Origin: the human T2T-CHM13v2.0 reference genome, Homo sapiens
Assembly: GCF_009914755.1 (NCBI RefSeq)
Contig: NC_060930.1
DNA: 64,000 nt
Reading direction: 5' to 3' (one strand)
Program-made: the position numbers and the translations under genes
The notes under the pieces: generated by a model
The model's database searches: none
What the model saw: only the letters and a program-made list of their open reading frames with translations
Told to the model about the DNA's origin: nothing
Part shown: positions 1-13,012 of the stretch, in pieces
How the letters are laid out: each line of letters opens with the position of its first letter
How positions within the stretch are numbered: position 1 is the stretch's first letter

Positions 1-19
1 ACAGGCAAGTGATTAAAAT

Positions 20-205
20 TCTACATACGGGGCTTCTAACAAGTCTGTCTGCCTATCACTAGCTATGTGACTTTGGGGGGTCATTTAATTTCAGACTTCT
101 ATTATATTAATAGGGATAATAATCAAATATATTTCAGAGGATTGCAAGGATTATAAAAGAAAATACATGAAAATTAGCATAGTAAAGGCTTACTAAATTG
201 TGGCT
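20..205. mobile_element. MIR SINE fragment
   Basis: MIR core-like text (cactagctatgtgactttggg...ttaatttc...gggataataatc...cagaggattgcaaggatta). Confidence 0.6.
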
Positions 206-309
206 GCCATTATTATCAAAAGTATTATTATATCATTATTTATTAGTATAATAAAAGAATACATGATATTTATATTTATATATAATAAATAAATTATTAT
301 TATTAAATA

Positions 310-1030
310 CCACAAGGGAATTAGAAACAAAAATTTGGAAAGGCATTTCAAACCAGAAGAATACAAATGGCAAACAAATGAAATGGGACCTGCTCATCAG
401 CTGTCAAAACAGGTGTGTTTTTAAAACAATAATATTTTTAAATGACAACATATGGAGTATAGGGAAAATTCTCCTACCTTATTGGTATAAGTACACTTTA
501 GTATAATCTTCCTGGAGGGCAGTTGGTATAAAACAATGTTTATATCATTTGACCTAATAATTCTACTTCTTTATCTAAGGAAACAATCAGATATACACCA
601 AATAAAAAGGTATATCAAGATGATTCATTATAATAGCAAATACCAGAAGCAAGGCTCAACAAAGGAATGTTTATTTCATCCATGCAACGGAATTGTATCT
701 AGCCGTTGAAAATCAAGTTGCAAAAAATATTCAGAGGCATGGGAACATGTTTACCATATTTGTTCAATGCAAAAAGGAAGCTAAATATCTCTTCTATATT
801 TTATCTCAGTTTTATTTTAAAAATGAATCTTACAATACAGAAAAAGATCCATATAAATAAATATACATACATACCCATGTACTCATGTATGTATATGAAA
901 CAAATACACTTTTATATCTATGTGGTAGAAATGCTAGTGATTTAATATTTTCTTTGTCTTTATTTTCTGAAATTCTTACTATTTATGTGTATCATTTTAA
1001 TCAGAAAAAAAATACAACAAATACTATTTT
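310..1030 (+). mobile_element. old L1 (L1ME-like) 3' end
   Basis: A-rich, with degenerate L1M 3' motifs (tttgacctaataattctacttct, catccatgcaacggaat, tgttcaatgcaaaaagg). Confidence 0.55.
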
Positions 1031-1824
1031 AATAGACCCCGATGTCACTTTCCTCCTTATCTCATATTACTTTCCAAGCTATTACTTTTATGTCAAGTTG
1101 GAAATCAAGAAGGCCAGTAAATCACCCAGTTGAGGGTCTTATATGCACCCTACCTAAGGCCCAAGTGCCTCTCCGGAGAGTCTCTCTCTGGTGTTAAGTT
1201 GTTGTTTAACCCATACGATCATGCTGACTACCTCCTCCACTTTCTTCTCCTTCCCCTCCTTTTCAGGGAGTAGATGCCTACGCATAGAGTTTGGGATTTG
1301 GAGGCTCACAATCCTGAGCTAGAACCCCAGCTCTGTGTCTTCCTTGACCTTGGGCTCAGTGTTGTAAATGGAGCATGGGCTTGAGAAGAACTCTGAGAGT
1401 TTACATGCAAGAAAAGGGTTTGTGATGTAGACAATCTAGGGTATTTGGATTTTCTTCTTTCACGAGCGGGAAATAATGGAAACTTTTAAATCAGAAGAGC
1501 AATATGACCTTAGCAAAGTGTCGCTTAGTGAAGTATCTCTAGCAGCAGTATTGAAGAAAGACAAATGAGAGGAGGACACTGGTAACTCCTGAAAAGTTCA
1601 GCAAAGAGGATGAGGAATGGATCCAAGATACCACGACCGAAGTGGAGATACTGGTTGCATGCATGAGTGCATGACTGTGTGTATGTGCTCAAATGTGAAA
1701 GGAGAGAGAGAGGAACTAGTGAGAAGTCCTGGATTTTTTTGCTAAGGGAATTATTGGGATTCAAGCACTGCCAACCCAGTATCCACTCACCTATCTTCTT
1801 TCTTTTTTGATTTACTTACTTCTT

Positions 1825-2050
1825 CAATTTATTTTTAATTGACAAATAAAAATTGTACATACCTGTCATGTAGATTATGTTTTGATATATGTATAGATTG
1901 TGGAATGACTACATCAAGCTAATTAATATATACATTATCTCACATACTTATTTTTGTGGTGAGAACACTTAAAAGTAACTCAGCAATTTTTAAGAATACA
2001 ATACATTGTTAGCAACAATGGTATTGTCAGTTAGTTATACTCACCATGTT
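1825..2050 (-). mobile_element. L1MA (L1MA6-9-like) 3' end
   Basis: ttttaattgacaaataaaaattgta...gattgtggaatg...tttttgtggtgagaacacttaaaa matches the reverse L1MA 3' terminus. Confidence 0.75.
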
Positions 2051-2064
2051 TACTTCTCCTTTGT

Positions 2065-2500
2065 AGTTACAGGACCTCAGTTTCTTTCAGGGCAGCAACA
2101 CATTTCTCAGCCTCTCCTGCAACTCGGGGGTGTCAATCAGATACGAATAGAGGTTGCTAGATGGGACGTCTAGGAAAGTTCCTTAAAAAGAAAATGGTGT
2201 GCGTATTTGCTGCCCTTCTACACCTTTCTTCTACATCCTAACTGCAAACTGGATGCAATGGCCAGAGCTCCAAAAACCATCTTCCATCAATAGATAAGAT
2301 CGTGGATGGAATCCATATTTTAGGGGTGATGAAACAGAAAAAATAGAGGTATCCTGGGGTCCCAAAGACCACTAAGCCTTTGCACTAGCCCTGGACTTCC
2401 TTTATCCAAATGTCTTTCATATTAAAAATAAATCTCTACCTGATTCAACCAACTTTATTTGGGCTCTGTTAAGCGCTAATTTAGTCATCATTAACTAACA
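2065..2500. mobile_element. MLT1 (MaLR, MLT1H/J-like) solo LTR
   Basis: Motifs ctcagcctctcctgcaact, ggatgcaatggccagagctcc...ccatctt, gccctggacttcc, tttatttgggctctgtta. Confidence 0.55.
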
Positions 2501-2739
2501 TGAAGAACACAGGAAGTAGGGAAAATTTAGTTGTGTGCAAATTGACTGGGATATTGTGTTGTTTGTATTATTTTATATTTGAGACACCCATACAATATCC
2601 CACTCAATTTACTCATAAAGCAATTGGAAATATAAAACACTGATTATAATTGAAGTCCTGAATATAATCATATCAGAAGGAGATTGTGTATGCAGTAGAA
2701 GAAATAGTTTAACCCCTTAAGATCACCAGCACTGCATAA

Positions 2740-3450
2740 TAATCCTAAACATAAATGCCCCTAATAAGAGAGCTTCAAAATACGTGAAGTAAAAACTGAT
2801 AGTATTGCAAGGAGAAACAGACAAACCCACAATTATATTCAGAGATTTCAATAGTGCTCTCAATAATTAATAAAACAGGTAGACAAAAAAATAAGTAAGG
2901 GCATAGAAGACATGAATAACTCAATCAACTTGACCTAATAGTTATAGAACAGTCAACCCAATTTCAGCAGAATATACTTTTTTCAAGTGGATGCAGAACA
3001 TTTACCATGATAAACTATATTCTGAGCCATAAAATAAGTCTCGAAGTATATTCTCAGCGCATAGTGAAATTAAATTAAAAATGAATATTGAAAAGATATC
3101 TGGAAAGTCTCCAAATATTTATAAATTAAATAACATACTTTTAAATAACCCATCGATCAAAGAAGAAAAGATTTTGAACTAAGTGAAAATAAAAATACAT
3201 TTTCGAAATTGTGAGATGCAGCTAAAGAGGTATTTAAAGGAACATTTATAGCACTAAAATATCTATATTAGAAAGAGGAAAGGTCTGAAATCAAAGATCT
3301 GTTTCCTACATAAGAAAAAACCAGTAAATGAAACTCAAAATAAGTATAAGAAATGAAATAATAAGGATAAAAGAGGGAGTCAATAAAATACAAAACAGAG
3401 AACAGTAGGGAAAATCAATGAAATAAAAGCTTGTAATTTTGAGACATTCA
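2740..3450 (+). mobile_element. L1M ORF2 (endonuclease-region) remnant inserted among L2 pieces
   Basis: cctaataagagagcttcaaaatacgtgaag...aaggagaaacagacaaacccacaattata...ttttcaagtggatgcagaacatttacc; many stops. Confidence 0.75.
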
Positions 3451-3499
3451 TCAATAAGGTCTCAGAGGACATGGTGTGTAAATCAATGAAATAAGGAAA

Positions 3500-4510
3500 G
3501 TGTCTCTTCCTCAGTAAATGTTTCCCCTAACACTTAAAGTAGGCTTCCTCCTACGCTTATTCTCCCTCTATTTCCCCATTCTTTCATTTTATGTTATATT
3601 TTAATTCATCATTTTGTAGTTGTTGGTTGGTTTAGGATTTGTCTCTTTTATATGAGTCCAGTAGGGCAGGAATGATATCTGGTTTTCTCAGCACTGTACA
3701 CCCAGCATGTATGAGAGCTTTCTTCATATAGTAGGTACCCAATAAATACTTGGTAAATCAATTACAGGAGAGTAATTGCTCAACGGTGAGAGCTGAGATG
3801 ATGATGATAATGATGAGCGAATATGTATAAGAGAAAACAAGACAAAATGGAGAGGTAGCCTTTTTCAGCTGTTTGAAATGGGTAGTCAAAAAGAAAGATT
3901 TTATTCAAGAAGTGATAGTTAATTGCCCTTAAAATAGATATATGCAAGTAAGTGGCATGGGGAATAGAAAAGAATCTCATTAGAGGAAACAACATAAGGA
4001 AAGGTAAAGAAGCATAAGAAAGAATGGCCCATTTGGGAATCTGTCAGTGCTTGGGCATGGCTAGAGCATGGAATACAGGAAGGGAAGAATAAGAGAAGAC
4101 ACAGACCAGGCACAGAAGCTGGATCACAGATGGTCTTCTTTGCCATGGTAAGAAGTTTGGGCTTCATCCAGTAGGCCTGCAGAGTCTGAAAAGTTTTAAG
4201 AAAGGAGTAGCCTGAGTAAATCTGTATTCTAGAAAGCTGATTCTGACAGTCTGTGGACAATAGATTGGAGGAAAGCAGGAAACGTGGAAAGGAGAAGAAG
4301 GTGGTTTGATTAAGACATACCAATGGAGTAAATAGAATCTGGTCACAGGTTGGATTGGGGAGTAGGTGCCGTCAAGGAGAGGGAAGTCAAGGTTGACTCC
4401 CAATTATTCCAATCAGGCAACAGAGGAAATGGTGAGCAAATCCATGAAATAAGGAAAGTAGAAATCTCTGCAGGAAAAAAAGATAACGAATATCCTTTGG
4501 GACATGATCA
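3500..4510. mobile_element. L2 LINE fragments
   Basis: L2 3' end (gtaggtacccaataaatacttgg) and reverse L2 body (gccatggtaagaagtttgggcttcatcc, gtcaaggttgactcc). Confidence 0.6.
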
Positions 4511-5069
4511 AATGCTTCTTTCCCCACATTTGTACCAACTACTTTCATTCTACCCAGTGGCACCTACTAAGGAACACTGAACACACCTGGACCTTGCACC
4601 TCCATCAAAACTCACGCTTTCACAATGCCATTCTAAGTGGAAATGAAATAACTGGATAAGTGACTTAGGCAACATAACCAGGTGTTATCGTCCCCAAGAA
4701 TCCATGGGCATTTCAAAAGGGGCCTTGTTAAAAGGGCATATTAAATGAAATTAATTTGGCTTATTGGGGATTCCCAATGATAACCGATTTTTTAAAGTTT
4801 TATTTGCACCAATATTTTTCTGTTGTAAACAAAAACCTAAAAAAGAAAAGCATGACAGCAGAAAAAATTAGATAGAAAAATAGGGGGGAAAGTCTGTCTA
4901 GAATAATGACAATTTTAAAAGAAAAAGAAGGACTTCTAAGGGTGAAGCTATCAGGAACGATATAGATAGTTTCCTCTCCTACATCATATTCCTGAAATCA
5001 AAGAACAAAAGCCTAGCACCCTACTTTCTATAGTAAATAAATTAACAGGATGTCTCCAAGCTTAAAATA

Positions 5070-5260
5070 CACCTAGGTTTTTATCCTAGCACTGCCACTT
5101 CCTAACTCTGTGACCTTGGCCCTTTGTTTTATTGTGCCTCAGTTTCCTCATCTGCAAAATCATGATAATAATTTCTACCACTTAAGAGTCACTGAGAAGA
5201 TTAAATCAGAGGGAATAGGTAAAGTACCTGACTTACGATCTCAATAAATGTTAGCTACTT
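5070..5260. mobile_element. MIR
   Basis: ctctgtgaccttgg...gtgcctcagtttcctcatctgcaaaat...ctcaataaatgttagct. Confidence 0.8.
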
Positions 5261-5875
5261 CTAGCAGTAATGAGAACATTTCCGGGGAATATTTGTGTAT
5301 TTACATGATTTACTGTGTCTGCAGGGTTAATTTCGTCATGCCATCATAGGCTGAGGATGGGCACAATTACTTGTCCCATCCTCAAAGAGCCTGGAGACAG
5401 GGCAGGGTCCTGAGCAAACTATGCAATCCCTGAAGAGCAGGAAGTAAGCAATGAGAAAATAAATAGGATCAAACACCATGTAAACAGCTGCACAAAGCTC
5501 ACAATGCCTTTCCTATAAAGGAAAAACAATAATGACAGTGAAGCAACAATTATGACAATTAAGTTTAATGGAGGTAATTAAGCTAACTTAAATAAATGAG
5601 CATTCTTTAGATATCTTGCTGACTTCTTCCACTTACTATTCTTAGGATTCAAAAGAGCAAAACAAACATTCAACCTCAAAGGCTTCCTACAGATTTAGGG
5701 AGAAGACACCAGAGCTGAAGATGTAGCTTTAGTGTGCTTAGACTCCTTTCTGAGGGGTACAGAGCTCAGGATGTGGGGGGCAAGGAGATGGGTCAAGAAA
5801 CAGGTCCTGGATGTTCACGTGGGGCCTCCAGGCAGTGGCCAGGCATCTATTAATGGCTGCCTTGTGTTTTCATAC

Positions 5876-6007
5876 CTGGGAGAGCTGAATAAGGAATTGC
5901 AATACCGAGGCCTCTAACAATGACAGTGGGATTCCCACAAGGGTAACAACAGCTCCTGAATCTCGCATTCTCTTTCTCAGCAAGTTCTCTCCTGAAGCAC
6001 TGCTTCC
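5876..6007 (-). other. candidate exon (132 nt) of an unidentified transcript
   Basis: Minus-strand acceptor ggtgttctcaag| and donor CAG|gtatga; open in frame 0 (GSSASGENLLRKRMRDSGAVVTLVGIPLSLLEASVLQFLIQLSQ); no recognised homology. Confidence 0.2.
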
Positions 6008-6254
6008 CTTGAGAACACCAGATGAAGCACAAGATTTGATGTTTACACTCAGAGAGAAAGATCACTAAGACTGAACTATTCCAGATAATAACCAAGCTGT
6101 TGTTGGATAGGGCTTAAGGGATTATAGGGAAGTATATGGAATTTAATACATATAAAAGGAAAAAAACAGTATCTATGATCTTCAGCACTTCTACATCGCA
6201 CCTCTGTGGAGTCCTGCTGGTGTTTGAAAATAGTCAAATAGGATGCCCAGCTAT

Positions 6255-6505
6255 TCAGGAGAGCAACGGTTGGTGGTTAAAAGCAAGGCTTCTGATTGCC
6301 TGGGTCCAAATCACAGCTCCGCCACTTACCCAGGTGTGTGGTCTTTGTCAAGTTACTTAACTTTCCTGTGCTTTTATTTCCTAACCTACAAAATGGGAAT
6401 AATTATAGAACCTACCTTATAAGGGTGGTTAGATAATTAAATTATGTTAACCAAGGTAACTTACACTTAGAACAATTCTTGCCACATACAAAGCACTCAG
6501 TGTTA
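6255..6505. mobile_element. MIR
   Basis: tggtggttaaaagcaaggcttctg...tgcctgggtccaaatcacagctccgccacttac...aaaatgggaataattatag. Confidence 0.8.
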
Positions 6506-9352
6506 ATATACAACCGTACCTGCATTTGAAACCATAGTCAACCATGAACTGGTTCCATCCTCTTACTACCAAATGGTATCATTCCATGGAGTTTCTGAAA
6601 GCATACACTTTCCTCCATTTTTATTATTGTTTCCTTGGTGGGGGAGGAGCAGTCTTCTAAACCCAACTCATCAAACAGATTTTACATATTTGATCTAGAA
6701 AGTTTGGAATGTCAGCATGTTTACTTCTAATTATTTGAATGCAGATGATCTCTTATCCAACCCAGATATTTTTTTAAAACTCTCCAGCCAAGTCGACCTT
6801 CTCCTAACTGTGACTCCTAGCCTGGATTCCAAGCTTTCACCCATGTCATGTCTAACTATTGGGACAACTCTCCTATTTCATGCAGCACTAAGAGACAATG
6901 CCACTTGAATGTTTTCTTGTTTCTGCATGGTCAGAGCCATTTGAACAAAAATTACTGGCAACCTGTGTTAAAGGATGGTTGATTAGCAAACAAGCCTCAG
7001 AAGTGAAAGACAGAGACTTCTGGAGAGAGTTGGAGTTAGAGTTAGAGTTAGGTCTCCCCTCATAGTCAGCCTCCCTCCTTCCATTTTTCCCCTGCTCCGT
7101 TTGTACAAGGTGGGGAGCAGGTGGAGCTCGCACTCACAATCCTCTGATATTTGTCAAATTGTGAAGTGGCATTGTAAGAGAGCCTTGGCTTTATTATTTT
7201 TTATTTTCCTCCTTAAAGCCAGGGTCATGGCGGCTGTCCCATCAGGGCAATAGGATCTCATGAGAAGAGATGGAAGAGGGGAGGAGGGAAAGACCAGAGG
7301 GCAGAGACATATTTTTCTCCACTAAAAGGGCCTGTCTTCTGCTCTGTTCCCCAGGTGTGAGCACAAAGATAGGCAGGTGAATGAGTGGATGAGAAAACCA
7401 GTGATGGATGTCTGGCTGGTCTTTGTCCCCCTACCCTCCAGTGGAGAGAGACCCAGGGAAGGGAGATGAGTGGGACCCTCCCTTAAAGGAAGGGTAGAGG
7501 GGCAAGTACTTGGGGAGAAGAGACAAGACTGGAGAAGAAGACAGTGGCTTATGTTCCATGGGGAGTAAGGACTTGGAGCGTATCATCTGCAGAGCCCCAC
7601 GGAGGGGGAAGAACCTGCAAGGACAACCCAGGAGGCTGTGTCCTGGGTCAAGGGCCCCCAGCCCAGCCAGGGAGCACAACTTGGCCAGTAAACGTCAGAA
7701 CTCGCCTTCAGATGACCACGGGGTGTGACCCAATGTGCACAAAAGTCCAGGGCTCTCCCAGGAGCAGTTAGCAAGCGGCAGGGGAGGGGTGCGAGCCCAG
7801 ATATGGCTGATGCCAACAAAGCCTCTGAAGACGGATGCTGGGCCTCACCCGACTGCAGAGCAGGGGAGTGAACCTACCGGGAAAGATGCAGAGTGAACTT
7901 CTCATCACCCTGGCTAAATGCGACTCACTGTCAGGTAGATTTTGATCGGGAAAACATTCTGAATTTTGTTGTAGACTGTGATGGTGTGAAATGCATCCCT
8001 GCTTCATGAATATACCTCCCAGGCATAGGCCTGTAAATATACGTTAATAATTACACTGCTTGTGAGCAGAGCTGCAGTTATTTCAATAATGAACAGTCTT
8101 AAATCTCCTTTCTCCTTAACGCTACATCAAAGGAGGGTTCCTGCCCAGCCTTTTTCTCTCACCACATGCAGTGGTTGAGAGTTGGTGGGACCTGTTCACT
8201 GTTCATACCCCTGCTGCTGAGCTACAAGGCGCAGTTGGGAGTTATGAAGACCTGGAGAAGCATGACCAGCCCCAAGGAAGGGAGGGGAGCTGAGTTCCCC
8301 AGCTGTCCCCTGTTGGATTGGGAAACATCCTCTGTCCTCTCTCGGGGGGTTAGCAAAGTCAGGCCCAGCCTTGTGGAACGAGTCATGGTGCTGTTTTCTC
8401 CAGAGCCCTCTTTGCCATAAAACTCACCAAATCCTTACTCCTGTCCTTGGAGCCTCGCCACCAAGCATTTGGAATTGCACCACATACAAATCTGGAGCAG
8501 CTCCAGCTCTTTACTAGTTTCGGTTGTTTTATGATCAATACCTCCTGCCTCAGGATCCACAGGAAAGTTAAATCCCATCAGCTCTGTGTTTTTGTAAACT
8601 GTGCCTAGCTTCCCTGTGACTTTGATATGTCCTCATATGGCACAATGTCTGGGTGTGGTGACCGCTAAGTAAGCCCACAGAATACCGCAGTGATGACGGC
8701 TCATACTCCACGCCAATGACCACACGCAAGGCCTGTTCCCAACGGGCTCGCCTTCGCTGTCCTACGGCCATCAGGATCGTATGGCTGCAACCTCAGTTTT
8801 TCACTAATGGGTTCCCTAATCCCTATGTCCCTGGGTGCAACTTCACTTTGATCTGCCACTTTGTGGAATGTGAAAGAGGAGAGGAAAGGAAGTGGCTGGG
8901 CCCAGGGATGGGGATTTAACTACTCCAATGACTCAGAGATTTTGAGCTTTTGTGTTTTTTCCACTTGAAACATCAAGTTCCAGAAAAAGAACATGCCGCT
9001 ACTAACAAAGCTACAATCCATCAAGTGTCTACAAAGTGACATGCATCTCATATATATTTCTCTTGTAATCTTCACAAAGGGAGACAGAGAAGCTGAGGCT
9101 CTCTCGGGAAGCTGTGTAACTTGCTCAGGGTCGTACCAGATAGTGGGTGGCAGAGGAGAAGGGCAGGCCCAGATATGGTAGGTGCCAATGTGCAGAACTG
9201 CTGTGCTGTGCTGCCTGGTGTTGGCCAGAATGACCATGAGAGGCCAAAATGGTGCCACTGAGGGGAGGAGCGGCACCCAGAGCACAGCAGACCCCCCACC
9301 GCTCCAGCCAGCCCCTCCTCAAGCCCGTGCTACCAGGTAATGAAGGGGAGCG

Positions 9353-9659
9353 GGGAAAGCAAAGACAGCCAGGGACCAGGCAGAGGGCCAGTGCCTGTGC
9401 CCCCATGCCATGGCCTGCACGTCCTCTCTGCCTCTGTAAGTTTCCACCTGAGCATCTCCAAACCCTAGACCAGCATGATGCCTGGCCAGAAGCCTGGCTC
9501 TCCAGGGAAAGCAGAGACAGCCATGGACCAGGCAGAGGGCCAGTGCCTGTGCCCCCATGTTATGGCCTCCACGTCCTCCTCTCTGCCTCTGTAAGTTTCC
9601 ACCTGAGCATCTCCAAACCCCAGACCAGCATGACGCCCCGGCCAGAAGCCTGGCTCTCC
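9353..9659 (+). repeat. tandem duplication, 2 x ~152 bp
   Basis: gggaaagc...ggaccaggcagagggccagtgcctgtgcccccatg...gccagaagcctggctctcc occurs at 9353 and again at 9505. Confidence 0.95.
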
Positions 9660-9681
9660 TGGTATTTCTTATCTCTTGCAG

Positions 9682-9754
9682 ACCAGTTCCTATACTCTGG
9701 AGCAATTGTCCATGAGCCCAGAAGGCCCAAATCACACTGGACTGTAGGGATTGG
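9682..9754 (+). other. candidate exon (73 nt)
   Basis: Strong acceptor tttcttatctcttgcag| and donor TGG|gtgagg. Confidence 0.25.
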
Positions 9755-10769
9755 GTGAGGCTCCGGGAAGCTTTTGTTATTAGAGGGACTTTCTTTTTCT
9801 GGAACTTCATGTTTCCAGTGGAAAAAACACAAGCTCAAAATCTCTGTGTCATCGGAGTAGTTAAATCCCCATCTTGACCTCAGAGACCCAGACAGGTGAC
9901 GAGCAGAACTGGCCCCCATGCATCAGAAGGTACAGCCCCCGCCCCCAGGCCTACCCTGCATCTCAAATCCCACATGAAAGAGTGGCCACGTGCAGAGCTT
10001 TTCCACCTGTTCAAATTTGGGGGCCTAATCTAAACTACAGCGTGCAATGGGCTTTGGCAAAATAGAGTTGTCCCTATACAAGATTTTTAAGAATAAAAGG
10101 AAAACAATATTTTTCAAATCACGCATTTAAGGATGAGTGATCGTTTCTTAGTAATAATGATAGTCTGAATAACAATGTGCTGAAGGTCAAAGCTGCATTC
10201 CCTGCCCCTGAAGCCCTGTGGTGAGGTTTTTACCTTCCTCTGAGGCTCTTTTGATCTCATGCTCTCTTCACATCTCCCACGTGATTAGCTGCTCATTCTC
10301 AACACATCTTCTGTGTTATCTCTTAATTGTGGGCTTAATTTGCAGCCAGGGTGAAGATTAGAAGCCTGCTGATGTCAGGGTATCTCCCCAGCTTCCCACG
10401 CTGGCATTCTCCCAGGTGAGGCTCTCTCGCCTTGCTCACCTGGACTTCAGTGCTGTGGCCGCTCTCCCTCCTCACCCCAGCCATGGCAATCACCAGGCCG
10501 GGGGCTGCCCCTCCATTAGAGCTCTGATCCCTTAACACCAATCCGTCTCTACCCAGCTACAGAAGTGCAGGTTCCTCATTAGCACCCCAGAACTGTGGAG
10601 CACACAGCTCCTTGCTGCCTTCCAGCACTACTCCGCCCCAGTTTCCCCCAGCCAGATGGGCTGCTCACCCTTCCCCCGACATGGCTGCTGAGCCTTTGCT
10701 CCCTCCGTGCCTCTGCATTTAGTGCTCTTTCCTTGGCTCCCCTTGTTAAGGATCCTGTGGTTCTTTAGC

Positions 10770-10935
10770 CCTGCATAAGCACTTGAAGCACCTAGGGCAT
10801 TTTTTAAACAGGTGCATGCCCCACATCAAGTCTGTCCTGCTGAAGCAATACCTCTGGTCAGGGGTGGGGGACAGAACTGAGATTCATAAAAACTTTCCCT
10901 GGTGATCTTAGGCTCAGCAGTGGAGACCTACTGCT
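10770..10935. mobile_element. MER5-like hAT-Charlie fossil
   Basis: cacctagggcattttttaaa...ttccctggtgatctt...ggagacctactgct. Confidence 0.5.
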
Positions 10936-11379
10936 AGAAGCCCTTCAGAGGCACTTCCGGGCACTCTTTCTCCGCTGAGCCTTCCCGGAGCTTCACCCAC
11001 TGCCCTACAGTCCCGTGTAATTTGGGCCTTCTTGGCCCATGGACACAGCTGTGCTAGCTCCTTCTCACCTTCCCATGGTCAATCTCAGACTCTGTCTGGG
11101 TTTTGTCAGATTCCTGCAGCTGGACTGCAACCTTTCAGGTAGGGGCTTGCTTTCACCTCCGTACCTGTGACTCGAGCACAGGTTGCAGCCAGGGGCAGGT
11201 CCCCGAAACTTCTGTGCAGTCAAGCATGGAGACTGGATCCATCTGCACACTGCAGGGGTGGCTCCCTAACATGATCTGCAGGGCTTATTTCCCATCCACT
11301 GCCTCCTTTCAGGTGTCAGTTAAAAGCATTGCCAAGCTTCATTTCCATCGAGGGGATCACTGAATGTGTTTCCTCTGCA

Positions 11380-12130
11380 TAAGCATACAGTGCAATGCAC
11401 AGCAATAGTGATCTCCCAAATTAGAACACTTGCTGAGGTGTGTCTGAGGGTAAATGTGGAAAGCCTGACAGACCTGGAAGAGCTTGGTGATCTGGAGGAG
11501 TGTGTGTGAGTGGAAGAGATACAGTTTGCTGTAAGCAGAGATGAGACCATGGAGGGCCTGGCACCACTTTAGGGATTCCGGCCTTTATTTTCAAGCCTCT
11601 CTGGAGCTGTGGAAGAAGGCTCAGTTATGAATCTCAGGAGAGTCCTCGAGGAACACTCAGAGAATGATATTGACAGCTGGGGAGCAGCGAGGAAGCTGTT
11701 GTAGGCATCCACGTGGAAGTCAATTGACCTGAACAGGGAGAGTGGCCCAGAAACAGAAGCAAGCTGATTCTCAGGACATGCTTGCATTGGTCAAGAGCAG
11801 GGAGACTGTCGGCTTCCAGTCTTTTGGCCTGGTCAGCTGTCTAGATGATGAAGGCATTCACTGAGGGCGACGGGCTGGAGGACAAGCAGAACCTGGGGAG
11901 TGGTTCACCTTTCATGCCCGTGGGACATCCGGCCGCAGACACCAGAGGCAAGTCAGTGCCACAGGTCTAGAGCTCAGGGCTAGGTTGTGGGTTTGGGTTT
12001 AGATCTGGGAGCCATGACCTATGGGGTGTCCTGGAGACACACGAGAGGATATGACCACCCCAGGGAGAGGGCAGGGGAGAAAGAAGGAAGCCGAGGGTAC
12101 AGCTGAGGGAATGCCAATGTCGCAGGAACA
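11380..12130 (-). mobile_element. L2 fragment
   Basis: Purine-rich degenerate L2 text (gaccatggagggcctgg, aggtctagagctcaggg, agatctggggagcc). Confidence 0.5.
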
Positions 12131-12134
12131 TGTG

Positions 12135-12611
12135 TTCAGAAAGAAATTGCTCCGTGACGCTTTTTGCAGCTCAGTGAGGAAGACTATTCAGGGCCATCTC
12201 CATAGGGTTAGGGACTACTGTAACAGGGTCCTGCAGCGCGGGAGAGAGACCGGACTCAACTCTTCATACAGCCTGGGCAAGTGGGGATTTATAGTAAAGG
12301 AGCAGGTTTGGGTCAGTGGATGGAAAATGGCTGAGGAGACATCAGGGGTCAGGGGAATTCTGACTGAACTGACCTCACAGGATTCTTGCTAAAGGCAGGG
12401 CAGGGTGATCAGACAGCCCCGGGGGATGGTGAAAAATGAGGAGCCCAATCGGGTATGGAGGGTGATGATGTATCAAAGGAGGAAGGTTCTGGCTAAGCTA
12501 GCCTAGCAATGTTCTTTGCTAAAGCTGGATTTTATGAGGAAGTGCACGGATGGGCTTAGGGGAAGGCCCGGGAGCCTGGCTAAAGCTTGGCCAAGCCAAG
12601 AATCTCTGTCC
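12135..12611 (-). mobile_element. ERV1 solo LTR, MER31-like
   Basis: Reverse complement begins gacagagattcttggcttggccaagctttagccaggctccc...cccatccgtgcacttcc, like the MER31 5' end. Confidence 0.65.
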
Positions 12612-13012
12612 CAGGAGTCTGAGGAGGGCAATTCTCCGACCTGGGAAGGCCCTGCCCAGGGTCTCCAAGGGGAGTGAGGGTCAGCCAGGCTGGGCTGCCA
12701 GAAAGGCAGGAGTGATGTAAAGTCCCGGCTAGTCTGCACTTGGCTGGTTTCACAGCCGCTGCACTGTTTCCGCAGATCTCGGCAACTGGGAAATTAAGGC
12801 TTCCCCGGATGGCTCCTGTCCCTTTAACTCCAATCAGGTTACAGCCACCTCCACCAGGTTAGGGATCTGTCAGCTACACCATCCCACAGCCCACCGAACT
12901 TTTTCAAGAGAAGATCGAGCCATTTGGTAATTAATTAGCCGTGTGTTTATTCTCTGCCCCCTCTCCCCTCGCCAGGCTGTGGGAGCTGGAAAACAACAGC
13001 CCTGTCCGTTGG

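Noticed and set aside
8690-8790. GTGATGA C-box suggesting a C/D snoRNA
   Set aside because: No CTGA D-box or terminal stem at a suitable distance.
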